A DNA stretch of 64,000 nucleotides from Verrucomicrobiota bacterium. GTDB lineage: Bacteria > Verrucomicrobiota > Verrucomicrobiia > Limisphaerales > SXQI01. A model generated the notes under the pieces. The model was not told the DNA's origin, searched no databases, and saw only the letters and a program-made list of their open reading frames with translations. The stretch is taken from NCBI GenBank assembly GCA_033762115.1, contig JANRLX010000027.1, positions 31,291 to 95,290 of the forward strand. Reading direction: 5' to 3'. Below, one piece after another: positions 31,066 through 40,760 of this stretch. The position numbers and the translations under genes were made by a program. Positions within the stretch are counted from its first letter, which is position 1. The number at the start of each line of letters is the position of its first letter.

Positions 31066-31878
31066 GTGCGTGAATTGCTTGCTGCCCTGTTCCAGGAACA
31101 GGATTACAAGCATCAGCTAAAAATCCATAGAGGGGAGATTTCCTCATTTTGGGGGAGCTCAAGGTGCTCCCCTGTTTTGGCTGAACGCAGAAAATGGATC
31201 GACTCCACGCCGGAGCTTAATTCATTTGAATCTCCGGAGGCAGTTCCCTTGCTGGCTGAAGCAACCGCCCTGCTTCGGCTTCCGGAAGCAATCTCCTCAT
31301 GCCGTGTGCTGGGGACTTTTTTGGAACCCGATTTTCTGTTGTTAAAAAAGAATGAATCAGGCGCCTTTCAATTCGTCGGAGGCTCTGTTTGTTTTCCTTC
31401 ATCATGGAAACCGGAAGAAAAATTCGGCAAACCGCTTGCAGAAATTCATTCCCCGGTTCCCCACCTGAATGAGGAAATCGGGACGCAGATTCATCTCTTT
31501 CTTCAACGGCTCCGCCCTGGCCACTCCTGGGAGCGATATAATTGGGGATTAAGCCGTTCCTCCGAACTGAACCAGCATCCAGTTCGCAAGTTGCCTCCTC
31601 TTCTGCCAGAAACTGAACCCGGAGACATTTGGGTCCGGATTGAGCATCAATCCCTTCTCGCTCTTCCTGTCACGACCGGCATCCTCTTTGGAATTCGCAT
31701 CGTGAATGTGCCGTTGCTCGATTTGCTGAAAGATTCCCAAATATCGATGCATTTCGCCCGCATGCTGAGAACGATGCCGGAGGAAATGGCCCGGTATAAG
31801 GGCATTTTAGCCATTCGCCCCAATTTATTGAGGCATATCGCTTCGCTCCCCCAACTCAGGATTGACGACCCTCATTGA
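31066..31878 (+). CDS. DUF3445 / heme-dependent oxidative N-demethylase alpha-subunit-like protein
   Basis: CFPSSW, KFG, IHSPVP, RYNW, RIEHQSL, ILFGI, YKG. Confidence 0.82.
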   Translation: MRELLAALFQEQDYKHQLKIHRGEISSFWGSSRCSPVLAERRKWIDSTPELNSFESPEAVPLLAEATALLRLPEAISSCRVLGTFLEPDFLLLKKNESGAFQFVGGSVCFPSSWKPEEKFGKPLAEIHSPVPHLNEEIGTQIHLFLQRLRPGHSWERYNWGLSRSSELNQHPVRKLPPLLPETEPGDIWVRIEHQSLLALPVTTGILFGIRIVNVPLLDLLKDSQISMHFARMLRTMPEEMARYKGILAIRPNLLRHIASLPQLRIDDPH

Positions 31879-32001
31879 TTTTTGGAGGATTAATCTTCGC
31901 GATAGCAATCAGGTCTTCTTCATCCTCATTTTTATTTTTGGAATTATTCTCACTTCTCTGATCCTTCCACTTGCCCAGATGGCCCGGGCCAAAAATAATT
32001 G

Positions 32002-32028
32002 TTAAGTTTTTTTCTCTTCTTCCGATAG
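32002..32028 (+). promoter_or_regulatory. Putative sigma28 (FliA-type) promoter
   Basis: TTAA-N15-TCCGATAG versus consensus TAAA-N15-GCCGATAA, upstream of flagellin. Confidence 0.65.
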
Positions 32029-32044
32029 CAGACTTGTCGCAGAG

Positions 32045-32172
32045 TGCGACAGGAGCGCAGGCTGCCATTACAAGTGCCTGCACGGTTTGGTGGACACCGC
32101 AATCAAAGCGCCATCCACAGCAAGGACGCTGTGATCCAACAAAGGCCCATTCGGGCGACTCATGGAAGGAGT
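32045..32172 (+). promoter_or_regulatory. Flagellin 5' leader with GGA motifs in hairpin loops (CsrA-type sites)
   Basis: tgcg-acaGGAg-cgca, cggt-ttggtGGAc-accg, cacagc-aaGGAc-gctgtg, and actc-atGGAag-gagt, the last overlapping the SD. Confidence 0.6.
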
Positions 32173-32173
32173 T

Positions 32174-32977
32174 ATGGTAATCAATACAAACATTGCAGCA
32201 CAGAATGGAGCACGTTTGCTCTCAGAATCCAACACAATGCTGGGCAAGTCTCTTGCCCGACTTTCCTCAGGATCGAAAATTGTTTCGCCTGAAGATGATG
32301 CAGCTGGGTTGGCGGTCTCATTAAGGTTCGACGCACAAGTGCGGCGAATCAATGCGGCAGACGCAAACGTGGGAAATGCAGTCTCACTGAACCAAACGCA
32401 GGACGGGTTCCTGAAAAAGGTCGGCAAAGCGCTTGACCGGATGAGTGAGCTCTCCATTCTCTCGCAGGATGTGACAAAAACGGACGACGATCGCGCGCTA
32501 TATAATGCTGAGTTTGCCACTCTCGGCGCGTACATCGACGACATTGCCACGAAGGATTTCAACGGAGTGGCTTTGTTCGATGGGACAAGCCTGGATGTCA
32601 CCACAGATGGTGACGGCGCTCTGTTCACAATGAGCGGAGTGGATTTGACCGCAGCAGCATATACTGATGCTTCTTCGTCCACAGTGGATTCGGTGGCGAA
32701 TGCAGTCACGGCGTTGCAAAACGTCAAGGCTGCTATCGAACAGGTTGCGACTGATCGCGCGACAATTGGCGCGAACATTTCACGACTGAATTCCACGAGC
32801 GAACAACTCGGTGTTCTGTCCGACAATTTGACTGCCGCAAGCAGCCGAATCAAGGATGTGGATGTGGCTGAAGAAAGCACGAACTTTGCAAAGTTCAACA
32901 TCCTCGTCCAGGCAGGCACAGCGATGCTCGCCCAGGCCAACAGCACACCGCAATCGGTGCTGAGATTGATTCAGTAA
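32174..32977 (+). CDS. fliC: Flagellin (short, 267 aa, essentially D0/D1 only)
   Basis: MVINTN, RLSSG..I....DDAAGL, SRIKDVDVAEE, QAGTAMLAQAN. AAGGAG SD before ATG 32174. Confidence 0.96.
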   Translation: MVINTNIAAQNGARLLSESNTMLGKSLARLSSGSKIVSPEDDAAGLAVSLRFDAQVRRINAADANVGNAVSLNQTQDGFLKKVGKALDRMSELSILSQDVTKTDDDRALYNAEFATLGAYIDDIATKDFNGVALFDGTSLDVTTDGDGALFTMSGVDLTAAAYTDASSSTVDSVANAVTALQNVKAAIEQVATDRATIGANISRLNSTSEQLGVLSDNLTAASSRIKDVDVAEESTNFAKFNILVQAGTAMLAQANSTPQSVLRLIQ

Positions 32978-32995
32978 TTTTACTGATCTGACACT

Positions 32996-33034
32996 CCCGG
33001 AAGGTCACCCCCTTCCGGGCTCTTTTTTCTTTTT
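32996..33034 (+). terminator. Intrinsic terminator after flagellin
   Basis: cccggaagg-tcaccc-ccttccggg followed by ctcttttttcttttt. Confidence 0.85.
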
Positions 33035-33070
33035 GGCATTTCATCCCGCCACCTGAGTAAGGCGACAGGG

Positions 33071-33099
33071 TTGAAAACTGCAGCAGTCAGGAATATCCT
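33071..33099 (+). promoter_or_regulatory. Putative sigma70 promoter for a leaderless clpS transcript
   Basis: TTGAAA-N17-TATCCT-N6-ATG, with no SD. Confidence 0.55.
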
Positions 33100-33105
33100 C
33101 CCCTC

Positions 33106-33402
33106 ATGTCGCAAACGGCTGAACCGCCAGTCTTGCCGGAAATCCAGGAGAAAACAATTGAGCAGGTTGATCCGGGATATCTGGTGATTTGCTGGGATGA
33201 TCCCGTAAACCTCATGGATTATGTGACCCATGTCTTTCAACAGGTTTTCGGCTGGCCCCGCCAGAAAGCGGAAGAGCACATGCTTCAGGTGCATCATCAG
33301 GGAAAAAGTGTCCTCATCCGGGAAAGCATGGAAAAAGCGGAACATTACGTGCATCAGCTCCAACGGTACGCTTTGCATGCCACCATGGAAAAGGCTTCGT
33401 GA
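33106..33402 (+). CDS. clpS: ATP-dependent Clp protease adaptor
   Basis: WDDPVNLMDYV..V, MLQVHHQGK, L.ATME. Confidence 0.93.
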   Translation: MSQTAEPPVLPEIQEKTIEQVDPGYLVICWDDPVNLMDYVTHVFQQVFGWPRQKAEEHMLQVHHQGKSVLIRESMEKAEHYVHQLQRYALHATMEKAS

Positions 33403-33878
33403 GATTGCTCAAATTTGAAGGGGAAAACTTCGTCTTTCGATTTGAAAAAATCGACAAGCAGATTCTTTTTTGCCTGCTTAGGCGCTACCCTGCCTGTTCA
33501 GCCCCGCTTACCCCCGAAACCATGAAGGAGGGGGAGGTCATCGGCCCAGACCTCCATCTTTTGGAAGCCTCGCTGGAAGAGCAGCGGGTGGGACACCGCA
33601 AACAGGTGGAAGCCATACTCAGTGATGAGGGTCGCTTTCAGGAAGATGAGCTTGGCTATCGTTTTTACCTTACCGAACCGCAGATCGATTGCCTGTTGCA
33701 GATATTAAACAATATCAGTGTGGGAAGTTGGTTGCAGCTGGGTCGGCCTAATCCTCAGATGGGGAAGGGTTCCCAAATCACTGAGAAAAACATTGAACTT
33801 GCCTGGGCCATGGACTCAGCGCGCCTGTTCCAGTCAGAATTGTTGAAAGCACTCCGCCAAAAGCAGGAATTCCAATAA
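33399..33878 (+). CDS. Hypothetical protein, possibly DUF2017-like
   Basis: GTGA overlap with clpS and an LQILN..VG.W..LG motif. clpS-DUF2017 adjacency is a known arrangement. Confidence 0.55.
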   Translation: MRLLKFEGENFVFRFEKIDKQILFCLLRRYPACSAPLTPETMKEGEVIGPDLHLLEASLEEQRVGHRKQVEAILSDEGRFQEDELGYRFYLTEPQIDCLLQILNNISVGSWLQLGRPNPQMGKGSQITEKNIELAWAMDSARLFQSELLKALRQKQEFQ

Positions 33879-33945
33879 AATACGGAACATTTCTCTCCAC
33901 GGCTTGTCTGAAAAGAGATAAAGTGCGACGAAATCACACTAGAAC

Positions 33946-36837
33946 ATGTCCCTGCCCAAAATAATTTTTTTTGGAGCTTTACTGTATCTATCGTGCAATT
34001 TACTTGCTGCCGATAAATTGACTCCTTCGCAGCGGGATTTTTTTGAGTCCAAAGTTCGTCCCATCCTTGTCGAGTCCTGCTATTCCTGCCACAGCCTTGA
34101 AGCAGGCAAGTCGAAGGGGGGCCTGTTGCTGGATAGTCGCGCCGGTTGGCAAAAAGGCGGAGATTCCGGGCTGGTCATCGTGTCCGGGAAACCGGACGAA
34201 AGCCGGCTGATCAAGGCAATCGAGTGGGCCAGTGAAGATCTGCAGATGCCCCCGAAGGAAAAGTTGGGTCCTGACAAAATTCAGGTCTTGCGTCAATGGA
34301 TAGAAGCGGGAGCCCCTGATCCCAGGGTTCAAGCAGCAGCTTCCCAATCCATCACAGCCAATCATTGGGCATTCAAAAGCGTTCAGGTTCCTGTTCCTCC
34401 CAAAGTGAAGGATTTAAAATGGCCGCGCACTCCCATCGACCAGTTCATTTTGGCCGAACTCGAACAAAAACGATTAAAACCAGCGCCCCCTGCGGATAAA
34501 CGAACCCTGCTGCGGCGGGCGACATTTGATCTTACCGGCCTCCCTCCCACAGCCGCTGAAATCGAAACCTTCCTTGCAGATCAAACACCGGACGCATTTA
34601 CAAAAGTGGTGGATCGGTTGCTCCAGAGTCCACACTTTGGAGAACGTTGGGGACGTCACTGGCTGGACCTTGCCCGTTATGCAGATTCAAACGGTCTCGA
34701 AGTCAATACTCCTTATCCCAATGCCTGGCGTTATCGTGATTACGTCATCAAATCCTTCAATGACGACAAGCCTTATCGCGATTTTATTCGAGAACAACTT
34801 GCGGGTGATCTCTTGCCTGTAAAGGACATCGCTGATCAGCATGAAAAATGGATCGCAACCGGATTCCTCATGTTGGGACCAAAAGCTCTTGGCGAGCCGG
34901 ACAGAACCAGGCTGATCATGGACGTGGTTGATGAACAGATCGATGTCACCACCCGCACTTTTCTTGGCTTAACCGTCAGTTGCGCCCGCTGCCATGATCA
35001 CAAGTTCGACCCCATTCCGACCAGAGATTATTACGCGCTCGCCGGAATTTTTCACAGCACCCTGACTCTGGACGATGGAAATCCCCTCGGGGCAGGCGCT
35101 GCCCGGGCATGGCAGGAACGTCCCCTTGGCACCTTGGAACAAATTCGTCAGCAGGAGGAATACGACCGCGAATTACAACGGTTACAGGCAGAATTGGCCC
35201 AACTTCAGCAAATCCAGCAAAACCTCCCCGGTGGAATCGATTCCTCTCAAATGGCTGGAGTGGTTGTCGATAACTTGAAGGCCGAGGTGACGGGTAATTG
35301 GAGGGCCTCCAATTATTCCACAAATTTTGTCGATAAAAACTACCTGCATGATGGGGATGAAAAGAGCGCCAAGGGCAAAAAGACTGTCCGTTTTGTTCCT
35401 GATCTTCCCAGGGCAGGCGCTTATGAAGTTCGCCTGGCCTACACACCTCGATTTGACCGAGCCACCAACGTACCTGTGACGATCCATTCTGAAAAAGGGG
35501 AAAAAACAATTCGCCTTAACCAAAGGCTTGCCACTGAATTTGATAAGGCATTTGTTTATCTTGGGATTTTCGACTTTGCGGCGGGCACCAACGGCTCAGT
35601 AACCGTGGGCACTGAAGGCACCAAAGGTTTCGTGGTCGCTGATGCAGTCCAGTTTTTGCCGCTCGAAAGCCAATCAACAATGACCATGGCCATGCGCTCT
35701 GAAGCAACCTTGAAATCGGAAGGCAAAAGCGCATTGATCGCCGCCCGGGAACATGCCCAAATGCAGGTCAAAATCACTGACCTTCGAAGCCAGGCGCCTC
35801 CACCGCTTCCCGCTGCCATGTCCGTCCAGGAAGGTAAAGGGCATAACCTCCAGATCCATTTGCGGGGGGACCCTCAGCGACTCGGAGTTGAAGCGCCGCG
35901 CGGTTTTATTTCAGTTGTCGAACAATCAGGAGCCCTCAAACCGGAAACTCAGATCGCCCATACTCAATCCAGCGGCCGCCTGGAACTTGCAGATTGGATC
36001 GCCCATCCAGACCATCCATTGACCTCCCGCGTGATGGTGAATCGGATCTGGTATCACCTGATGGGAAGAGGTTTGGTGGATACCTTGGATAATTTCGGGG
36101 CGCTTGCCGAGCCGCCCACGCATCCTGAACTGCTCGATTTTCTCGCCCGGAGATTTTCAGAACGGCAATGGTCAATCAAAAAGATAATCCGGGAAATCAT
36201 GCTTTCCAGCGTTTATCAGATGGGATCAGAATTTAACCCCGCGGCTTACCAGAAAGATCCGGAGAATCGTTACTACTGGCGCAAACCCCAGAAGCACCTT
36301 GAGGCGGAGGCATTGCGCGACTCCATATTATTTATCACTGGTGAATTGGACATTACCCAGGGCGGTGCTCCCTTGCCGGGAAATCTGCCCCCGGTCATTC
36401 AAACCGACGCCTTGGCTGCCACTGACAACCTGCATCGAAGAAGTGTTTATCTTCCCATCATTCGGAACGGAGCCCCTGAGATGCTGCAAACATTTGATTT
36501 TGCTGATCCTCACGCCGTTGTTGCCCGGCGCCATGCCACCAGCACCGCCATGCAGGCCCTTTTCCTGATGAACAGCCCTTTTATCAACGAACGTGCAAAA
36601 GCCTGGGCCACACGCCTGCTCCAGGCTTCCAGCGAAGACACCTCCCGAATCAGGACGGCCTTCACACAAGCCTTTGGCCGCTTGCCCGCGCCCCGTGAGG
36701 AAAAACTGACTCTCAATTTCCTCAATCAATTCCAGGCTTCATTGATCTCCTTCCCCGAAGCAGAACGCCATCAACGGGCTTGGGCGGCTTTCTGTCATTC
36801 GTTGCTGACCACGGCAGAATTTCGTTTTGTGAATTAA
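33946..36837 (+). CDS. Planctomycete cytochrome c / DUF1549 / DUF1553 (PSD1) protein with an inserted CBM-like domain
   Basis: FFESKVRPIL..CYSCH, HWAF, GERWGRHWLD, CARCHDHKFDPI, RVMVNRIW, HPELLD. The insert carries YEVRLAY...RATNVPV...VVADAVQF. Confidence 0.92.
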   Translation: MSLPKIIFFGALLYLSCNLLAADKLTPSQRDFFESKVRPILVESCYSCHSLEAGKSKGGLLLDSRAGWQKGGDSGLVIVSGKPDESRLIKAIEWASEDLQMPPKEKLGPDKIQVLRQWIEAGAPDPRVQAAASQSITANHWAFKSVQVPVPPKVKDLKWPRTPIDQFILAELEQKRLKPAPPADKRTLLRRATFDLTGLPPTAAEIETFLADQTPDAFTKVVDRLLQSPHFGERWGRHWLDLARYADSNGLEVNTPYPNAWRYRDYVIKSFNDDKPYRDFIREQLAGDLLPVKDIADQHEKWIATGFLMLGPKALGEPDRTRLIMDVVDEQIDVTTRTFLGLTVSCARCHDHKFDPIPTRDYYALAGIFHSTLTLDDGNPLGAGAARAWQERPLGTLEQIRQQEEYDRELQRLQAELAQLQQIQQNLPGGIDSSQMAGVVVDNLKAEVTGNWRASNYSTNFVDKNYLHDGDEKSAKGKKTVRFVPDLPRAGAYEVRLAYTPRFDRATNVPVTIHSEKGEKTIRLNQRLATEFDKAFVYLGIFDFAAGTNGSVTVGTEGTKGFVVADAVQFLPLESQSTMTMAMRSEATLKSEGKSALIAAREHAQMQVKITDLRSQAPPPLPAAMSVQEGKGHNLQIHLRGDPQRLGVEAPRGFISVVEQSGALKPETQIAHTQSSGRLELADWIAHPDHPLTSRVMVNRIWYHLMGRGLVDTLDNFGALAEPPTHPELLDFLARRFSERQWSIKKIIREIMLSSVYQMGSEFNPAAYQKDPENRYYWRKPQKHLEAEALRDSILFITGELDITQGGAPLPGNLPPVIQTDALAATDNLHRRSVYLPIIRNGAPEMLQTFDFADPHAVVARRHATSTAMQALFLMNSPFINERAKAWATRLLQASSEDTSRIRTAFTQAFGRLPAPREEKLTLNFLNQFQASLISFPEAERHQRAWAAFCHSLLTTAEFRFVN

Positions 36838-36849
36838 CCAACGTTTCTC

Positions 36850-38253
36850 ATGAAAATCCATCATCCATTGTCACGGCGGGAGATGCTTAAGAAGTGTAGT
36901 TCCGGTTTCGGTTATCTCGCCCTTGCCACCCTCGCAATGGAGAATGCCGCGCCTCTTTCAATGGCCAATCCTTTGGCCCCCAAACCGGGTCATTTCCCAG
37001 GTCGCGCAAAACGGGTCATTTTCCTCTTCATGCACGGCGGTCCTTCACAGGTGGATACATTCGATTACAAGCCGCTCCTTGCCCGCGACCAGGAGAAGAC
37101 GCTGCCTGAAAGCATGCGGAAAGGAGTGGCAGACCCCAGCGCCAGGCTGCTGCCTTCTCCTTTTGAGTTCAAAAAACAGGGCCACAGTGGAATCGAAATT
37201 TCCGAAATTTTTCCGGAAATTGGAAAATGCGCGGATGATCTTTGCGTTATCCGCAGCATGCACACCAATGGTCAGGACCATGGCCAGGCAGTCCTCAAGT
37301 TGCATACCGGTTCCGAAACGCAGGTTCGTCCCAGTGTTGGTGCCTGGATCACTTACGGCCTCGGTTCCGAGAACCAAAATCTGCCGGGATTTGTCACGAT
37401 CAGCCCCAGCCCCCTGACCGGTGGCCCGCAAAATTATGGGTCAGCGTTTCTTCCTGCAGTTTACCAGGGCACAGCAATTGGACGCTCCGGAACCTCCTTG
37501 ACCCAGGCCCAGATCCGCCATATCCAGGCCAACCTCCCTCCTGACTTGCAGCGGCAGCAACTCGATTTTGTCCAAAGCCTCAATCGTCTCCAACTCGAAC
37601 AGGCTCGCACCAACGCCGCCCTGGAAGGGGTCATTGAATCGTATGAACTGGCCTTTCGCATGCAAACTGAGGCGCCTGAGTTGACTGATCTTTCACGCGA
37701 ATCTCAAGCGACACGCGATTTATACGGAGTTGACCAGGCACCCACCGATGATTTTGCGCGGCAATGTCTTCTGGCTCGTCGCTTTGCTGAAAAGGGAGTG
37801 CGATTCATCCAGGTGAGTCATAGTTTCAAATGGGACCAGCACGCCAACCTGCGCCGCGAGCATGAACGCAACGCCCGCGAGGTGGATAAACCGATTGCCG
37901 GGTTGCTTCAGGATTTGAAAGCCCGCGATCTGCTCAAGGACACTTTGGTCATTTGGGGGGGAGAGTTCGGCCGCACCCCTACCGCCCAGGGCTCACGGGA
38001 TGGGCGTGATCACAACCCGCACGGTTTCACCATTTGGCTGGCGGGCGGCGGTGTTAAACCCGGCATGGTCCATGGCTCAACTGATGAGTACGGATATCAA
38101 GCGGTGGAAAACAAGGTTCACACTCACGACCTTCATGCCACAATCCTCCACCTTCTCGGGATCAATCATGAGAAACTCACCTACCGTTATGCGGGTAGAG
38201 ATTACCGTCTGACCGATATCCATGGAAACATCGTGAAAGCGATTTTGGCCTGA
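36850..38253 (+). CDS. DUF1501 family protein (Tat-exported, sulfatase/AP-superfamily-like)
   Basis: [44 protein letters not shown]. Confidence 0.92.
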   Translation: MKIHHPLSRREMLKKCSSGFGYLALATLAMENAAPLSMANPLAPKPGHFPGRAKRVIFLFMHGGPSQVDTFDYKPLLARDQEKTLPESMRKGVADPSARLLPSPFEFKKQGHSGIEISEIFPEIGKCADDLCVIRSMHTNGQDHGQAVLKLHTGSETQVRPSVGAWITYGLGSENQNLPGFVTISPSPLTGGPQNYGSAFLPAVYQGTAIGRSGTSLTQAQIRHIQANLPPDLQRQQLDFVQSLNRLQLEQARTNAALEGVIESYELAFRMQTEAPELTDLSRESQATRDLYGVDQAPTDDFARQCLLARRFAEKGVRFIQVSHSFKWDQHANLRREHERNAREVDKPIAGLLQDLKARDLLKDTLVIWGGEFGRTPTAQGSRDGRDHNPHGFTIWLAGGGVKPGMVHGSTDEYGYQAVENKVHTHDLHATILHLLGINHEKLTYRYAGRDYRLTDIHGNIVKAILA

Positions 38254-38338
38254 TTTCAGACCTGTAATCCTTTTAAGTGCTTTGGGAGTGGCACCCATTG
38301 TGCTGACAACTGCTGGATCGTCAGTAACTGCACTTGTT

Positions 38339-40759
38339 ATGAGTTCGTTAAAGCAACTCTTCGGAATATCGGTTTTCGCCGTCGCGCTCGCCGTCCACTC
38401 TGGCTCCCAGGCTCAACCCCTCCCGGATATCGGAATCACCCGGACAAATGGAAATGCTTCCATTCGATTGCCTCTTTACCCTGCGGCAGAACAGTTTCGC
38501 GTTTTTAAAAGCCAGAATCTCGAAGGGCCTTATGAAGAAGTGCTCACAGGGAATATTACCGGGTTTAACTGGCAGGAAATCATCTCCGGCCAAAGCAACG
38601 CCTTCTTCAAAGTCGAAATCAACACTCTCTCCTCAAACGATCTGCTCTCTGCCACAGTTCTCAATCGGCTGGCTTATGGCCCCACTCCTGATGAATTGGA
38701 AAGAGTCAGGGCGATGGGTGCCGAGGCGTATATTGCCGAGCAACTGGCCCCTGAAAATATCCAGGAAACCTTGGATTTCGATCAACCAGTTACCGCTGCC
38801 GAATGGCGTTACGTCACCATCACAGGGACCGCCACCTCAAGAGATTTTTATATTTACCTGACCCAGCCCGGTGACGTGTACCTCGATGACATGAAACTGG
38901 TTGCGGGAATAGTGCCGGAAGTCGGCGCGAATCTTCTTGTCAATGGCGATTTTGAATCTGCTCTTACCCCTCCCTGGACCGTCTCTGCAAACCATGCTGC
39001 CACAGTCATTACATCAGCGCAGGTTCATTCCGGGAGCGGCGCGCTCCACCTCATTGCAGATGACGGTGGCACATCCAAATCTTCTTCCGTCTGGCAAACC
39101 ATCAGCAACGTTACCGTCGGCCAGACCTATACTTTAAGTTACTGGTTCCGTCCCGGCACCAACCTGATCACCAGCCTCACAATCCGCTTCTCCAATGACG
39201 GCTTGCGCCATAATCCTGATTCGATTGCGACCAAACTTGCCAGCGGTCTGGCCGATCTCGATGACCTGCGCGCCTGGCATGTCCTGCGCGCCATCAAATC
39301 AAAGCGCCAGTTGCTCGAAATCCTCCTGCAATTTCTTGAAAACCACTTCGTCACCCAGGCATCAAAATCGAAGGAATATTTTGATGGCATTTACAGTGAT
39401 GACATTTTGATCGAGGGATTGGCAACAGAGATGGAATATCGGGAAAACAAAAACTGGCGCGCCGCCTTGTTGCGGCCCGATTGCAGCTTCCATGACCTTT
39501 TGAAAATCAGCGCGGAAAGCCCCGCCATGATCATTTACCTCGATACCGTCGGAAGCAAGGGCAACGGAAAAAATGTCGCCAACGAAAATTACGCTCGCGA
39601 ATTACTCGAACTCTTCACCTTCGGGGTTGATAACGGTTATCAGCAGAATGATATCACTGTCCTGTCTCGTGCCTGGACTGGCTGGTCTGTAAATATTGTG
39701 GACAGTAACCAGTTCCACAATCCATTCGCTCCCCGCAGCGTTACAGTCATTCCCGGTTCACCCACAAACACCATGCAGTACCTCCAGGGAATCTGGGCCT
39801 TCAACTACAAAACCGGCAATCACAATACGAATTCCAAAACCATCTTTCCAGGCGCAACCGTCCCGGCTCGTTTTGGTCCCCCCTACGCCGGGCGCAATTA
39901 CCAACTGGTCCTTCCCCAGCGAAATGGCACCAATGGCATCAAGGACGGGTACGAAGTCCTCGCTCATCTTGCCGACCAGCCCTTCACCCAGGAATACATC
40001 AGCGTCAAACTTTGCCAACTCTTTGTGCATGAACATTTCGAGCACGGCTACGATTTCACTGACCCAAACCTTTCTGAAGAAGGCAAACTCGTTCGCGCCT
40101 GCATGGCAACCTGGGAAAGCACCACTCCGAAAGGGCAAATTCGTCCAATACTTCAAACGATTTTCAATTCGGAGATGTTCCGCGGCCTGGGAAGTGCCTC
40201 CCATAAGGTCAAAACCCCCCTCGAATTCACCGTCAGCGCGGTTCGCGCCCTTTGGTCGCCAACTCCGTTCCCCACTGCCTACTCCGATGGCTATTCGCAC
40301 AAGAACCCGCTTGATCTGATGGGAGCCATGAAGCTCTTTGATCGCGCCGAGCCCGATGGTTACCCGGAATCAGCCCCCGGCTGGATCAGCGCTGGAACAT
40401 TGGCTGAGCGCGTTCGTTTCGTGCAGGCAATGCTCATTGCCCCCGGTCAAAGCGGGCGGGGCGATGCCGGGCAGATCACAGCTGACCCTGTCGCTTTATT
40501 AAAGCGAAAGTTGGACCCGGCGGATTATAACAATGCGGGAAAAATCGCTGATTATTTTCTCTCCATTCTCTTTCCTGGTGAAGGCAAGGCAAACCTCAAG
40601 CTCTATCACGAGGCTTGCGTCAGTTTCCTTAATACCGGCGACAATGGCATCGTCAGTTCTCCAATCAGCCTTTTGGCCCACACCAGCATTCCTTACGACA
40701 CCCGTGTTCGCGGGATGGTGGCCATGTTGATGAGTTCACAACGTTTTCAGGAGCAATAA
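38339..40759 (+). CDS. DUF1800 family protein with an inserted CBM4/9-like domain
   Basis: LNRLAYG, FLENHF, SPAMIIYLD, NENYARELLELFTFG, RAWTGW, KVKTP. The insert reads NLLVNGDFE...W...HSGSGAL...GQTYTLSYW. Confidence 0.88.
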   Translation: MSSLKQLFGISVFAVALAVHSGSQAQPLPDIGITRTNGNASIRLPLYPAAEQFRVFKSQNLEGPYEEVLTGNITGFNWQEIISGQSNAFFKVEINTLSSNDLLSATVLNRLAYGPTPDELERVRAMGAEAYIAEQLAPENIQETLDFDQPVTAAEWRYVTITGTATSRDFYIYLTQPGDVYLDDMKLVAGIVPEVGANLLVNGDFESALTPPWTVSANHAATVITSAQVHSGSGALHLIADDGGTSKSSSVWQTISNVTVGQTYTLSYWFRPGTNLITSLTIRFSNDGLRHNPDSIATKLASGLADLDDLRAWHVLRAIKSKRQLLEILLQFLENHFVTQASKSKEYFDGIYSDDILIEGLATEMEYRENKNWRAALLRPDCSFHDLLKISAESPAMIIYLDTVGSKGNGKNVANENYARELLELFTFGVDNGYQQNDITVLSRAWTGWSVNIVDSNQFHNPFAPRSVTVIPGSPTNTMQYLQGIWAFNYKTGNHNTNSKTIFPGATVPARFGPPYAGRNYQLVLPQRNGTNGIKDGYEVLAHLADQPFTQEYISVKLCQLFVHEHFEHGYDFTDPNLSEEGKLVRACMATWESTTPKGQIRPILQTIFNSEMFRGLGSASHKVKTPLEFTVSAVRALWSPTPFPTAYSDGYSHKNPLDLMGAMKLFDRAEPDGYPESAPGWISAGTLAERVRFVQAMLIAPGQSGRGDAGQITADPVALLKRKLDPADYNNAGKIADYFLSILFPGEGKANLKLYHEACVSFLNTGDNGIVSSPISLLAHTSIPYDTRVRGMVAMLMSSQRFQEQ

Positions 40760-40760
40760 A

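Noticed and set aside
32068..32946. 292-aa minus-strand ORF
   Set aside because: It is the antisense shadow of the flagellin gene, Ser/Ala-rich, with no recognisable motifs.
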